From Eledone cirrhosa (taxonomy: Eukaryota): 64,000 nt of DNA. Shown piece after piece: positions 21,188 through 34,100 of this stretch. A model generated the notes under the pieces. The model saw only the letters and a list, made by a program, of their open reading frames with translations. It was not told the DNA's origin and searched no databases. The stretch covers positions 297,600,001 through 297,664,000 of the forward strand of contig OZ024742.1 in NCBI GenBank assembly GCA_964016885.1. The letters run 5' to 3'. The translations under genes and the position numbers were made by a program. How positions within the stretch are numbered: the first letter of the stretch is position 1; the number at the start of each line of letters is the position of its first letter.

Positions 21188-22159
21188 GATTGACCATGGA
21201 GTCTATTTTGATAGTGATATTTCATATACAAGAATTTTTTTCAACAAGCTGGCGTGTATGTGTATATGTGTGTGCATGTGTGTATTTGTATATGCATCAT
21301 ATATTTTTCACCATCCCTGCCTTCCTTTTACACACACATACATTCACCCAAACACACATTGTGTGACGGATGGACAGAATTCAATCAAATTTATATATAG
21401 ATTCTCTGTGTGATGCAATATTTGATGAAGAGAAGTTTTTCAGGTAGCATGTAACAACATCCCTCAAGGTTTTGGTGGCCTGTCTTAGTTATTCTCGTAA
21501 GGCAAGCAACATCAATCTGAAACTGTGTATTAAAACTAAAACAATTATATTGTGGAAGAGTTTTTTTGTTGTTGTTTTTTTGCTATTTAAAAACACAATC
21601 TGTTAAATTCACTTTAATTTAGTTTATTTCTTGATGTCACGATTTCTGTCATGCTGTTTGTGACCTAGTCTCTGACACAGTTTCATACATGTTTATAAAG
21701 CATATGGTTGTAAATACATATTTGTTTATCAAACATACAGTGGTAACTCTCTTTCCAAAGTTAATCTCATTCACATTATGTCTGTGTCTTAATTAATTGA
21801 TTAGAGATCTGGTTGCTGTTAATTGTCTTCTCTCATTATGAAGGAAGACACTTTTTAAGTAGCTAACTTAAATTTCAGAGACATTATTGATTTATCAGTA
21901 AATTAACATTAACTTCACCAAACTTCTATAGCTGGTCTTAGTGTTATTATGTAGGTTACTATATGTTTAGTATTAATGCTTAGTATTAATATTTAGTATG
22001 CAATTGAGTGTATTACTCAGAGAACTACACCATCAAATCTATTTTTACTTTACCTAGCTTCTCTAACAAGAGCTGGAATAGCTCTTCCAGCAATTCTCCC
22101 TCACCACCCTCTGTCCACCGAGGCCACAGGGTGGCCAATGTATGGGCCCAATTTGCTCA

Positions 22160-22280
22160 TAATAATTGTTTCTACTTTAGGCACAAGGCCAGCAATTACC
22201 CAGTGCATTACTGGTACTTTATTTTATCGACCCCGTAAGGATGAAAGGCAAAGTCAACCTCGGCGGGATTTGAACTCAGA
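22160..22280 (-). mobile_element. SINE family A, 3' part
   Basis: B box plus the same core as 14325-14473. Confidence 0.85.
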
Positions 22281-25139
22281 TTTGCTCATAATAATGAGAG
22301 ATGGGCAGAGCAGGAGAGATGGAGGCAATGACAGTGGGAGCTTGGTTCCTTTGTGTTCAGGCCTGGTGTATATGTATATGTTTCATGGACACACATTCAC
22401 ACATTTTAGTATTGATGAGTAAGTTAGGGCACTGGTGTGTCAGAATCAGTATAGTGTCTTCCTTTATTTAATCTGTCTCTATGTTCTCCCTTCAAATCGC
22501 ATTGAAGTCAACTTTGTCTTTCATTCATCCTTTCTAAGTTCAATGAAGTACCATTCAAGTACTAGGGTCGATTTAATATGAGGTCCCTCGATATGTTTAT
22601 TCAGCATTGAGTTAGACAATCCCTTATCACTTTCACTCTGAACACATCAAAATAATTTAAAAGAAAAACAAGGATGAGACTTCGATATTCTAATTATTTA
22701 GATTTGAAATAGTTATTACTCAAAGGAGGTGAATTAGCAGAATTCAGTTTTTATGTTCTGAGTTCAAATCCCACCAAGACTAACCTAGTGGTGTTGTGGG
22801 TAGCAGTAGACTGGTGGAATTGTAAGAGGCCAAAATAGGATGCCTCATGGTATTAGTTCCAACTCTTTGTAAGGGAATGGAATACTTCCATATACACACT
22901 CATAGTAAATTCTGAAGTGTTCGTGTTTAAATTAAAACCTTCCATCTTACATGTATGAAAGAATCTTTCTATTAAATCATAAAGTTTGATAGGTAGCAAT
23001 AAAGCAATCTATTCTGTTCAACCCACTGAGAGAAAATGCTGCCAATAGTTGGCGGTGGCGGCGGTGATGGTGGTGGTTGTGGTAGCAGTGATGGTGGTGG
23101 TGGTGGCAGTGGCAGAGGTAGTGATGGTTTAGAGGGAAAACTTTTTAATTAATAGTTAAGTTAGTGTTAATGTACTTAACATTGCAGCCTTTATAACCCC
23201 TATATAGATATTTCATATTAATAAGTCTTAAACAAGCTCAAAGTCATTTATGTCCTTTCAGAGACCATTCTTCTGTCACACACTCTATTATGGCTTCAAC
23301 ATTAATATCTTGATTTAAAATGTTTTCACCTATAATTGATTCCATGTTAGAACGTATATGTCCCTTATGGGGCTATTATTCTCTCCTACATTCTATTAGG
23401 ATTTGAACATCAATATCGTAATATAGTTCTTTTGATACCAAGTAACTTAAAACCTCCCCTACTTCTAGGATACAAAGCTTCTCCTTTTAAAATGTTCATA
23501 TTTAAATTAATAACCTTCAATCCTCAATTTATGAATGACTTTTCTCTTAGGTTATGTTCCAAACCCCAGCTTAATGAAAAATATATATCCTATATATATA
23601 TTATTCAACAAAGTACATCCAACAAATTATATTTCACACACACATTTGGAGGATTAGTCATTCATACAAATGAAATCATTTGCGCTGAACAAGCTTGTTC
23701 AGTATTTGAATATGTATAACACACTGCAATAGTTTATTTGAGGGTGTACACTTTTATTCAAATGATACATCGTACTATACGGTGGCTTGTAAAATTGATA
23801 AAATCATACAAGCAATCCAACCCCCAAACTACACCATTTGATAGCTAAACTAAAATAGTAAATGTTCAAGACACATGGACAAATCTGTCTGTCAATAGTT
23901 TGTATGGGAATAAAAACAATACAGATAGACAAACCCCAGAGGTTCTCTTGTTGGAAAGAGATTTGGGAAGGAAGAATGAACATTTTATATTTATTGAAAG
24001 AGTTGTTTTTGAAGAGATTGAAAGGTTTTGGATGCACTAAGATAGTTACTACAGCTTAAATATTTAATGTTGAATGGAATAATGTGGGAAATAATACATG
24101 TGGTACTTGTGACACATTGTAGAGGATCATCATCATTTTCATCATCACTGCCATTGCCATATTTGTCATCATAATTTGTTTTTATGTCTGCTTTTTTCCA
24201 TGCTGCATGGGTTGAGCAACTCTTTTGGGAGCAGTTTTTTATGACTGGATGCCCTTCTTGACACTATTCCATATCTGTATTTTAAATAGAGTATATATCA
24301 CTGACATTTATATCACTAACGTAGTATATATATATATCACTAACACTGCATTCATATTGATTATGGGGAACACAAGAAAATGTCACTGCTTCTTTTATTT
24401 TAACAGCATTGATATGAAGACCTTCATGGTGACTGAGACACACACAAACATATGTATGTTGGGCTTTCTTATATACATATTTCCACCTCCTGAAATCATT
24501 CACAATGAATTGGTGGACCTAAGGCTATAGTAGAAAAGAGTTGTCTAAGGTGTTACATAATGCAACTGATTTGAAAGATGAGACTATACGCTGGACACAA
24601 CTCCTGGCCATCATTTGGTGATAGGAGGCAGTATTTGAACTCAAATAAGAGAGAGCTGGAACATTTAATCCAATATTCTAACAATTCTGCCAATCACTGT
24701 CTAATCAATGAAAGTAAATTTAGAAATGCAGAAAATATATATATTCATATATGTGTATACATGAATATCTATGTATATATATTTAGATAAAGTTCAAAAT
24801 GCACAATACATAAACATTGCCACACATTCACACATATAGATTAATGCATATTACATACCAGAGGCACATTGTAATGAATTTTTTTTATAAAAAACAAGAA
24901 AAATACTCATATAAAGCAACAGCATCAATGTAAATAATCACAATAAAAATATATTTAAAGTATATTATCTCCCCAAAAATGATAAGAGGTAATGTGGAAG
25001 GAAATAAAGAAAAATAGAGTTTTCTCTAAAATAGAGTATATAATTCTGTGAATTCATTTTTATATCTGTTCTTATTGTGAATATTACGAGAATTTTATAT
25101 GCATTTTCATTGTAAATTCTTTCCTACATTTATTCATTC

Positions 25140-25360
25140 ACTACAATTATCACAGCCACTACTGTCATCATCATTGCCATCATCATCATTGCAGTTATCA
25201 TCATCATCATTATTATCACAATAATTGCTACCATCGTCATCATTATGATTGTTACCACCACTACCATCTCCATAAGTGCTATCATCATCATTATTATTGT
25301 TATCATCACCATCATCATCATCATCACCATCACTGCTATCAGCATTTTCTCCATCATCAG
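25140..25360. repeat. Degenerate (CAT)n microsatellite
   Basis: Direct reading; source of the poly-Met and poly-Asp ORFs. Confidence 0.9.
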
Positions 25361-28049
25361 CAGTTTTGTTAAATTTGTTCAATATTATGAAATTTCTTAG
25401 AAATTTTCTCCAGTTTATTGAATAAGAAGAACATATTTGGTTGATATGTTTATTGGCTTTGTTTCGTAACTCCTCTGCAAAAGAAAATTATTGTTTTTTC
25501 TTTCTTTTTTTTCATTCCTTTCTTTCACCATCAAAATACATAAATACATCATGCCTAAAATGGTAAAATGCACAAAATGCTTCCCTACTCCACAAAAAAA
25601 AAAAAAAAAAAAATTTGAATTGCAAACTTGCGCCCCTAGTTTTTTTTTTTTTTTTTTTTTATTTCAAATTTATTGAATTATTTTTATTATTTAGATTTCT
25701 CTAACAAAGGAACCCAATAATATCAGAAAAGAACATTTTGGCAAACATTATTGCATTTTGCTATTCAACAATGTTCTTTCATTGAATCCCATCAAGTAGT
25801 ATTTTGATTGTCATAAAATAACTATTATTGAGCAATATAGTTAAATATATTTAGGAAAAAGTAGGGATTATTTTTATTGATTTATTTATTTGGTTACTTT
25901 ATGTTCTACAAAAATAAAAAAATAATCTGATAATCTGCATGCAAAGGTGGTGAGTAGAAAAAGTTGAATGTTATTTTAATTTGTATATACCCATGTGTGT
26001 TTGTGTAGAAGCTGTACCTCACGACACAGATGACAAATGACCATGAGAATTGGCAACATGCTGTACTGGATAAGGCTTTCCTACCAGTATAAAATGTGAC
26101 TTGATCTGTCCCCCTGCCTTCTTCTAAATTACTTAGTGGCTATTCACCCTATCAATGTACACCCCATCCATGCTCCCTCCACTATCACTCCTTAGAAATT
26201 ACTCTCCATCCTTATACTCCCACCCATATTGTATACTCCCCTTCACTAATACTTCTTAATTATTCTCACCACCACTACACACACCCTAAAATCTTAACAC
26301 ACTGCTCTCTCGGTTAATACCCATTAGTAACTATTTTCACCATCACAACATCTTTGCTCTTAAATCCTGGCACACTGGTAACTACACAACCACTTATGTT
26401 ATAAAATGTCAATCTTTCCCCTACTCATTACCTTGTCAAATCCCACCACATTTGCCATACACCCATAACATTCTACTTATCTTCCTTCGCCTTTACCCAT
26501 ACATGTATGGCAGAGACAGAGAGCTCTTCATTTGAGATAATAGCTGATAACCTCTCTTGTGTGAAGGCCATGAAAATACATCCAATACACCCTCTAAAGT
26601 GATCTGCCACTGTAAAAAACCTGTCGAAAATGGTCCAGAGGAACCTTCAGTTGGAGATTTACATGTTATATGTACCTGGTACATACAGTAAAGTGATTGG
26701 TGATAGCAAAGCCATACAGCGATACAAATTTGCCAAACAAAGGGTTGTGAAGACACCTTAGTTGTGTCAAAGACATAACAAGCTCCCTAGTGTTGGTGGT
26801 CTATGTTATGATCTCAATGAGTATGATCTGCAAAATGGATAGTGATTAGATAGGTATCTCACCATAGAAAACCTGTCAAACAAAAGATGAAGAGGACAGT
26901 CCAGCTGTCTCAAAGACATAACAACCTCCCTAGTGCTAGTAATAGAGTATAGAATCATATGAAAGTGAGTACAGACCACCAAGCCATTTCAGAAATCAGT
27001 AGCCCTGCTTGAGTTCTGACTTGATCTGTGAAGATTTGTCCAACTCTTGCTAGCAGAGAAAACAGATATTAAATGATGATGTTGATGATACACTCACATA
27101 TATGTGTGTGTGTGGGGGGGGGGGGGTATGTATGTGTGTAACTAAGATCATCAAACAGCTTAACTTCAATGTATATACATTCAGATCAAACCAAAGCAAT
27201 CCATGATCCATGCAAACCTAATCCATACACTTTTATTTGACCTCATCCACAAGTAAACTATGTATTTATTAAAAGAATATACAAACCAGGCTCTAACGTT
27301 CAAGGTTCCCACTTTCAACGTTGTCACAATGAAAGGTAGGCTAGGATTAATTATAGAGATGCAAGATAGTCAAAACTGCATCTTTACTATTGATATATAT
27401 AGAATTAGGTAATATGCTGACTGATTTGAATATATCTCTTCACGTTCTCAAATTGCTAAGTGTTAAGAAACCAATCAGTACTGCTTTGTTTCTACAAGCA
27501 CTAACTGAGATGGTTGGCATATATTAACATTCAGTATGGTGAGAGGTTAAGGATCTGAAACTCTCCAAGGAGATAACTGGATGACAAATTAAAGTGATAA
27601 CTAGATTGCAACATGTATGTGTACATGTTGATGTATAACATTATATATAGACATGATATTGTTAACTTTGGAAGTTGGTCATGATTATATTTGGCATTTG
27701 CACAATTTTGAAATAACTATTAATTAATTTCCTTCTCTGACATTTACTATTAGTTTAAACAAAGTTTTGTATGTTACTATAAAAGTTGGTGCTATACTAA
27801 ATGGAACTACAGTGTATATCTATAACTATTAGCCAAAACTGTATAAAACATACAGATTTAAACACCTTATCAGTATATACAATAGCTTTCTGGACAGAAG
27901 AAAGTAATCAACTAGATTAATCTCAATTAAGTGTTGGGATTTCATCAATGACTGAATACCCTATTTAACTGTGTATAGAGAGGAAAGGATAAAATAAATC
28001 AGGCAAATTAACATTTACAACAGATTATTGGCAATTAGTTTGAGTCATA

Positions 28050-29100
28050 AATTCATCATCATCATTGCAACAACAGTGAAACATTCCTGACAAAGACTCT
28101 GCCAGGAGAAATGGAAAATTGTGAATTGCAAACTGAGATTATTAACATCTGAGAGCTAATCGATGAATGTTTGAGCAGATCTTCCCCTAATGCATCTCCT
28201 GGGAGTTGGTTCCCACAAGAGTAGCTTGTTTATAACTTCCTACTTACTTCTCATTTTGTGGTTTCATAGATGTGTGCAGTTTTGCAGTCTTTTTATTTTC
28301 TTCAGTTATGTTCTCATACATTGTGTTGGCAGAGTTGTCTTGAGATTGGTCTTGAACAGCATTGTATCTGTTACTAATTTAGACTGTGTAATTTTCCCTG
28401 ACGTTCTCATTTGTATTTACTGTAGACAAGTCAAAGTGAATTTTCTTTGTCTTGTTAGTGTTGTTACATCTTAGTGATAATCAGATCTTTGTAATACGAT
28501 GATGATCTGAATCATGTGTTAAGAGAGAATTATTAGCTTCACTTTTCATTTCACTATTTTTCCATTTATTATTTATTCAAATATGATCAAGTTGAATTTG
28601 GGCACCATTCGGATATTTAAATGTCTACAACTTTTCTAGTTTTTTTCTTATACTTAAAAGATCCAGCAACAATTCTCAATTTCTGTCTGTTTTGTAATGA
28701 AAGCAAAACCCTTTAAGCTTGTCTTGTTCAATCTTTGCATTAAAATCTCCTGCGACATATCACACTTGAAAGTTTATTATAAAAATGTTTGGCAATCTCT
28801 TATTCTGCAGTATTTGTAGTACTGTAACAACAGATTATAGTTAGCTTTGGATTTCTATTAAAAGTTTTCTTGACGTTATAGACTTAATACAGAGCAGAGA
28901 TTCTTGTGCTTTCTGACTTAAAATCATGTCCAATAGTTGAATTGTTTTGAGCTTTCCCAGCTGAACTAGACACAAGTTTCCAGCCTTTATTTAAATCATG
29001 ATATCTGATTATATCATAAAGATGGTAATAACGATGTTCTTGTACACATGTAACTTCAAGCTTGTAAAGTTCACTGAGTGCTGTAAGTTCATTTATACTC
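28050..29100 (-). pseudogene. Decayed, internally deleted RTE-like LINE
   Basis: Minus strand FNRNPKLTIICCYSTTN (APE-like) near 28810-28865, EVINKLLLWEPTPRRCIRGR near 28180-28240, (GAT)n tail near 28053. Confidence 0.6.
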
Positions 29101-29544
29101 CTTATGTTATTTAGGGTCCTAGTGTTAAAAGAAGTTACTCTCAGGTCCCAAATAATAAGGGTGTTGGAATAAGTAAGGTAGGAGGATAAGTGTGTGCTGG
29201 GGATCGGTAATTTTTCTAGGTTGTCTCCATTGATGTGTTAGAAAATTGTCATTTAGTTTACATATTGAGACCCCAACACATCCTATTCATTTTATAACAT
29301 ATAGGATTTCTAATAATGTTCTTTTTTTTTATCAAGTATAATCTTCTTTAATGTCTAAAGAAAATTGATTGTTGCAGGAATTCTACCACTTAAAATAAGG
29401 TTTCATAAAAAAAATTGAATAATCAGGGGCTTGGAATTATCTGAAAAATTAATAAATGGTGGGGGAAAAGTATATTTACAAATTTCTTGCATTTCAGTAG
29501 GGATCCATCTGGTTTTCTATCAGGGGATACACTAATAGAAAAGA

Positions 29545-29585
29545 GTCTTTACATCTCAGACATGTGGTCTTTCATCAGAATATAA
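29545..29585 (-). ncRNA. Decayed minimal hammerhead of an old PLE end
   Basis: Minus strand tt-CTGATGA-a-AGAC-cacat-GTCT-gagatgta; the GAAAC box is mutated. Confidence 0.4.
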
Positions 29586-30559
29586 AATGAGAAATAAAAG
29601 ATGAATTAGAAAGACAGAGAGTGAAAAGAAAAAAGAACTAAAAAGATTCAGGTGCAGTGTGCAAGAAAGATGCATATGGTGAAAAGTGAAAAGTGAAAAG
29701 TCAAAAAGTGTCAAGAGCTCCAAGTGGAGGTAAGCAGTAGAAAAGGACCATTTGGAAAAACATGGGCATATGTGGTGAGATCTGAACTCAGAACCCTGAA
29801 CCTCACAGATATGATGAAAGAATGTGACAAGTTGTGTTGAGGTGATCAATCCGAACGATGGAAGAAAATGAATGTAAAAATGAGGATAATGATGATGATG
29901 ATGATCTTATGACTCCTCAAGTTCTACTTTACACCAATTTATCTCTAATACATCTGTTTCTTGCTGCAACAAAAGATGTTTAACAAAAAATAAAAATCCA
30001 AATAGGTTTCTTTTGCTCCAAAACCTTGAAGATGGAAACTATGTTTTTAGACTTTATTTTATGATAAAACTTCACCATTATCAAGTTATCTATCATTGCT
30101 ACCATGGTTTCTGAGGAAGTGATTCTTTATGTGTTTGTTGTTTAGATTTTTTTTAGTTTTTATCTTCATATCAGCTTCTCCAGAATTGCATGCTACATTT
30201 GGAGAAAGGAAAAACTAATGAGTTAAAAAGGAAAATAACTTAATCACAATTTATCACTATCAACCAACTAATCTATCTATATTAAGCAATCTTTAGTTAG
30301 AACATTTCAGAAGAAAATGTAAATATCACAAAACTAAGCCTTCATTTTTTTACTCCCCTGAACTTCTATTAACTATTATTTCTTTTGTCAATATGCTACA
30401 TGAATAATATAATTATACAAGAGAAGATGTTAAGTGAAAATTATACAAATACAACTAGTTCTCAACAGTGATTTTCTTCACCTCATTGCTACCAAACTGG
30501 CTGTAACAAGTTCTAGTTCTCTAATACAAGGCTTTATTTTAAAGTATTTATATTTAAAA

Positions 30560-31095
30560 GTTTAGAGAGCTACTCCCACTGTTGACAATAAAAGGTTTCT
30601 TCCTATGTGCAAAAGAATGACAGTATGTCAATTGTGTGTGAAGTGCAAAGCTGCATGGTAGGGAAACATGGGCAGTGACTGCAGAGGACATACGTCAGCT
30701 GGAGAGAAATGAAGCAACCATGCTTCTTCGTTGAATGTGCAATATGCATGTGAGAGAGAGAGGCAGAGGTTGGATGAACTGAGGAAGAAACTGGGTTTAA
30801 GAGGAATTCGAAGTGGTGTGCAAGAGAAAAATCTGCATTTGTACAGATATGTGATGTGTATGGATGATGATTGCTGGGTGAAAAAGTACTATGAAATCTC
30901 AGTGGAAGCAAGCAGCAGTAGAGGTAGACCAAGGAAGAAAAGGGCAGAGGTGGTGAGAGCCAATCTCAAATCGCTGAGGCTCACAGAAGAGATGATAAAA
31001 GAATGCAGTGAGTGGAAAGATAATATGCGGAAAAGGACCTATCCAATCCATGCAGGTTTGGAAAAACAGATGTAAAAAATTTGATGATGATGATT
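30560..31095 (+). pseudogene. RTE 3' fragment related to the 15569-18982 element
   Basis: DELRKKLGLRGIRS...RGRPRK, then the shared 3' end and (GAT)n. Confidence 0.8.
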
Positions 31096-31407
31096 TATCT
31101 AAAACCTTTCATCATAATTTTATATAATGACTTTTGTCATGTTCCAAACACCAGCTTGATATATAGAAGGTTATATTACTTAATTCATCAATATACTTGA
31201 TTATTTTTTAAATGGTTGAAATTCATTGGAAATATAGTAATGAAATGTTCATGGGATTTGGGGATCTAATACTTCCCGAGACTCTATGAACCTCATTAAT
31301 TAAGGAATGACTCTTTATTTAGCCCTTTAAATAAAGGGTTAAATAAACAACCTGCTTGAAACGGAAATCTTATTACCACATAACAGATAACATTAAATTT
31401 CACATAA

Positions 31408-31600
31408 CCACCACAACCACCACCACTACCACCACCGCCACCACCACCACGACCACCACTACCACCACCACCACAACCACCACCACCACCACCACTACCA
31501 CCGAGGTTCACTTTGCCTTTCATCCTTACGGGGTCGATAAAATAAAGTACCAGTAATGTACTGGGCAATTGCTGGCCTTGTGCCAAAAGTAGAAACAATT
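31408..31600 (+). mobile_element. (CCA)n tract fused to a SINE family A 3' part
   Basis: Repeat to about 31502, then the SINE core ending agtagaaacaatt. Confidence 0.8.
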
Positions 31601-32139
31601 AAATTTCAATAGTTACATATTAGTCTTTTAAGTTAAATGTAAGGCAGTGAGTGAACTAATATTATCAGTAGAGTGTCAGAGAAAAGAACTTTGTGATATG
31701 TAGTTACAAATTTCTACTTTCTAATTTCAAATGTTGCTGAAGCCAAGGTTGCCTTTCATCCTTCTGGTGTTATTTAGATAAAGTACTAATTATATAAATA
31801 TTGGTATCTATGTTAGATAGAAATATTAAGTTAAAATTTAGTTATGACCCTAAACATTGCAGTGGAACCTCTGATCATTCCTGAAGGCCATTCGTCATCC
31901 GAAATGTTTTTAAACAGAAACTATTTTGCCCATATGAAATGTTGAGAGAGAAATACAGTGAAAGAGAGAGAGACTATGTGTGAAAGATAGATAGATGCCA
32001 TAGTAACTAACAATACCTCAAGTTATGCTTTCCTGCCAATACTCCCAGTTTGTCACCAACAACCATTTGGGAATAAAGTGTTAAAAGAGATTACTCAAAT
32101 TATAGAGAAATCTCCTTGTTTTGCTTCCCTAGGCAAGTC

Positions 32140-32490
32140 TACACTATGTGTCTGGCAATGAGACATAGGGATATTATTGAGTCCAGACTAGCTGAGAAAT
32201 AATGGGGTGGATTGTGGCATAAGTATTCACTCTGCAGTAGGTCTACCAGAAATTGTGGGAGTATTGCCAAGAGGTGCACGCTTGTTTCATGAACCCCCAA
32301 AAAGCATACAACCACATCCCATGAAGGTTGTGGTGGAAGTTTCTGCAAGAATATGGGATCAGTGTACAGTTTCTTGTTGTCTTGAAATCCCTATATGTAT
32401 GCCTAAGTATTTGTGTTTGGATAAATGGTACTAAGTGGAAGCCATGTGGGTGTCAGCTTCCACCAAATGTGTGTATTGTCACCTCACCTG
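32140..32490 (+). pseudogene. RTE RT fragment
   Basis: WWKFLQEYGIS...LKSLY..SICVWING; related to 9300-9680. Confidence 0.6.
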
Positions 32491-32599
32491 TTCATATCTT
32501 AAAATTGATTTCAAAACAAATTCTATTATATAACTAGTTAACCTGTGATGTTAAAAATGATGGCAATAGTGTTAAACATATTTAATTTTTGGAGTTTAT

Positions 32600-32680
32600 A
32601 TATATACCAGGAAATATAAGCCATATATATACCAGGATATATAAGCCATATATATACCAGGATATATAAGCCATATATAT
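32600..32680. repeat. 23-25 bp tandem repeat x3
   Basis: Unit atatataccaggatatataagcc. Confidence 0.85.
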
Positions 32681-33877
32681 GAAAAATTATATGAACAGGG
32701 AGATTGGAAGTTTGATACTATAATGGTACGCATAAGAGAATCTCTATAGTTTATGTTGATTACTGGCATGTGGAAGTGATTAAGACTATGAATGATATTT
32801 TAATAATGTATTTCTAGTATATAATTACATAGATGGCATACAGGATTACATGTATGAGTAACTATAGAGAAATAGTTATTCATAAGGACATACTTCACTA
32901 ATGTTATTGATCCTGTAAGTAGTAAATCGCAAGGTGTTAGTATTTGAATAAATTAAATAATTTATAAACATTTTTGAAATTTATAAGCATTCATCATCAT
33001 CATCATTTAACATCTACTTTCCATGCTGGGAGGGATAGGTTATCACTCTTCAAGACTAACTGGGTTGGAGATAGAGATGCTTTTAAAGATATCCACTTTC
33101 GGAAGTACTGAGTATATTTTACTTTGGCACCAGCACTACCATTTACTAAGTGTACTGATTGCATTTTGTTGTGACATCAACATTACCAGTTTACAGAATA
33201 TACTGGATATATTTTATCATGACACAAACTCTCGAATTACTGGGTGTGTTCTAATGTGACACCAACACTGCCACTTGACAGAGTTCTGGTACAATATCCA
33301 AAGTTGTTGATACTACTTCTTTTTCAATGTTATTACAGTGAACATCATGTATATATATATATATACCTGTTAAGTCTGCAACTTCACCCAAGTAGTAGTA
33401 TTGATGTTCCTCCTAACAGCTAGTATTGATCCTCTAGATAGGAATTCATGAGTAAGTGGTATTTAAATTTCTGAACACTACCAGCTATTGGTGAAGAATT
33501 AAACAGTTGTTTTTTTTTATTTGCAAACAATTAGGAAATTTAGGAAATTTAAAACAACTTCATGTATTGTGTAACAATTAAGAAATTTCTAAAGAGGAAA
33601 AACAAACCAGTTCTTAGTTATTTACTGCAACAAAATTATTTTCTATATGAATATAATGAAACTAGTGTCAAAATCGATATTTGGGGGTGTTAAAAATCAA
33701 TAAACTTCACAACTAATGCACATCCCACCACCACCCTCTATTATTATGACAACTAAACAGCAGGTCAGAAACATCAACTATTTAATGTTTTAAAACATTA
33801 ATGAGTGAATTCATTGATATATTTAAAAGTTGTTTTAGTAAATTTTTTTTGTATGAAATAATTAGAATTGAATATAC

Positions 33878-34100
33878 ATGGTGGTAGTAATGGTAGTGAT
33901 GAGGATGGTGGTAGTGGTGGTGGTGGTAGTGGTGGTGGTGGTAGTGGTGGTGGTGGTGGTAGTGGTGGTGGCAGTGTTTTACATATATATATATATGGTA
34001 GTAATAATGGTAGTGATGAGGATGGTGGTAGTGGTGATGGTGCTGTTTTGATAATGGTGGTTGTGGAGACAGTGATGATGGTGATGGAGTTGTATTGGTA
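33878..34100. repeat. (GGT)n-rich repeat with an internal duplication
   Basis: atggtagtgatgaggatggtggtagtggtg occurs twice. Confidence 0.85.
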
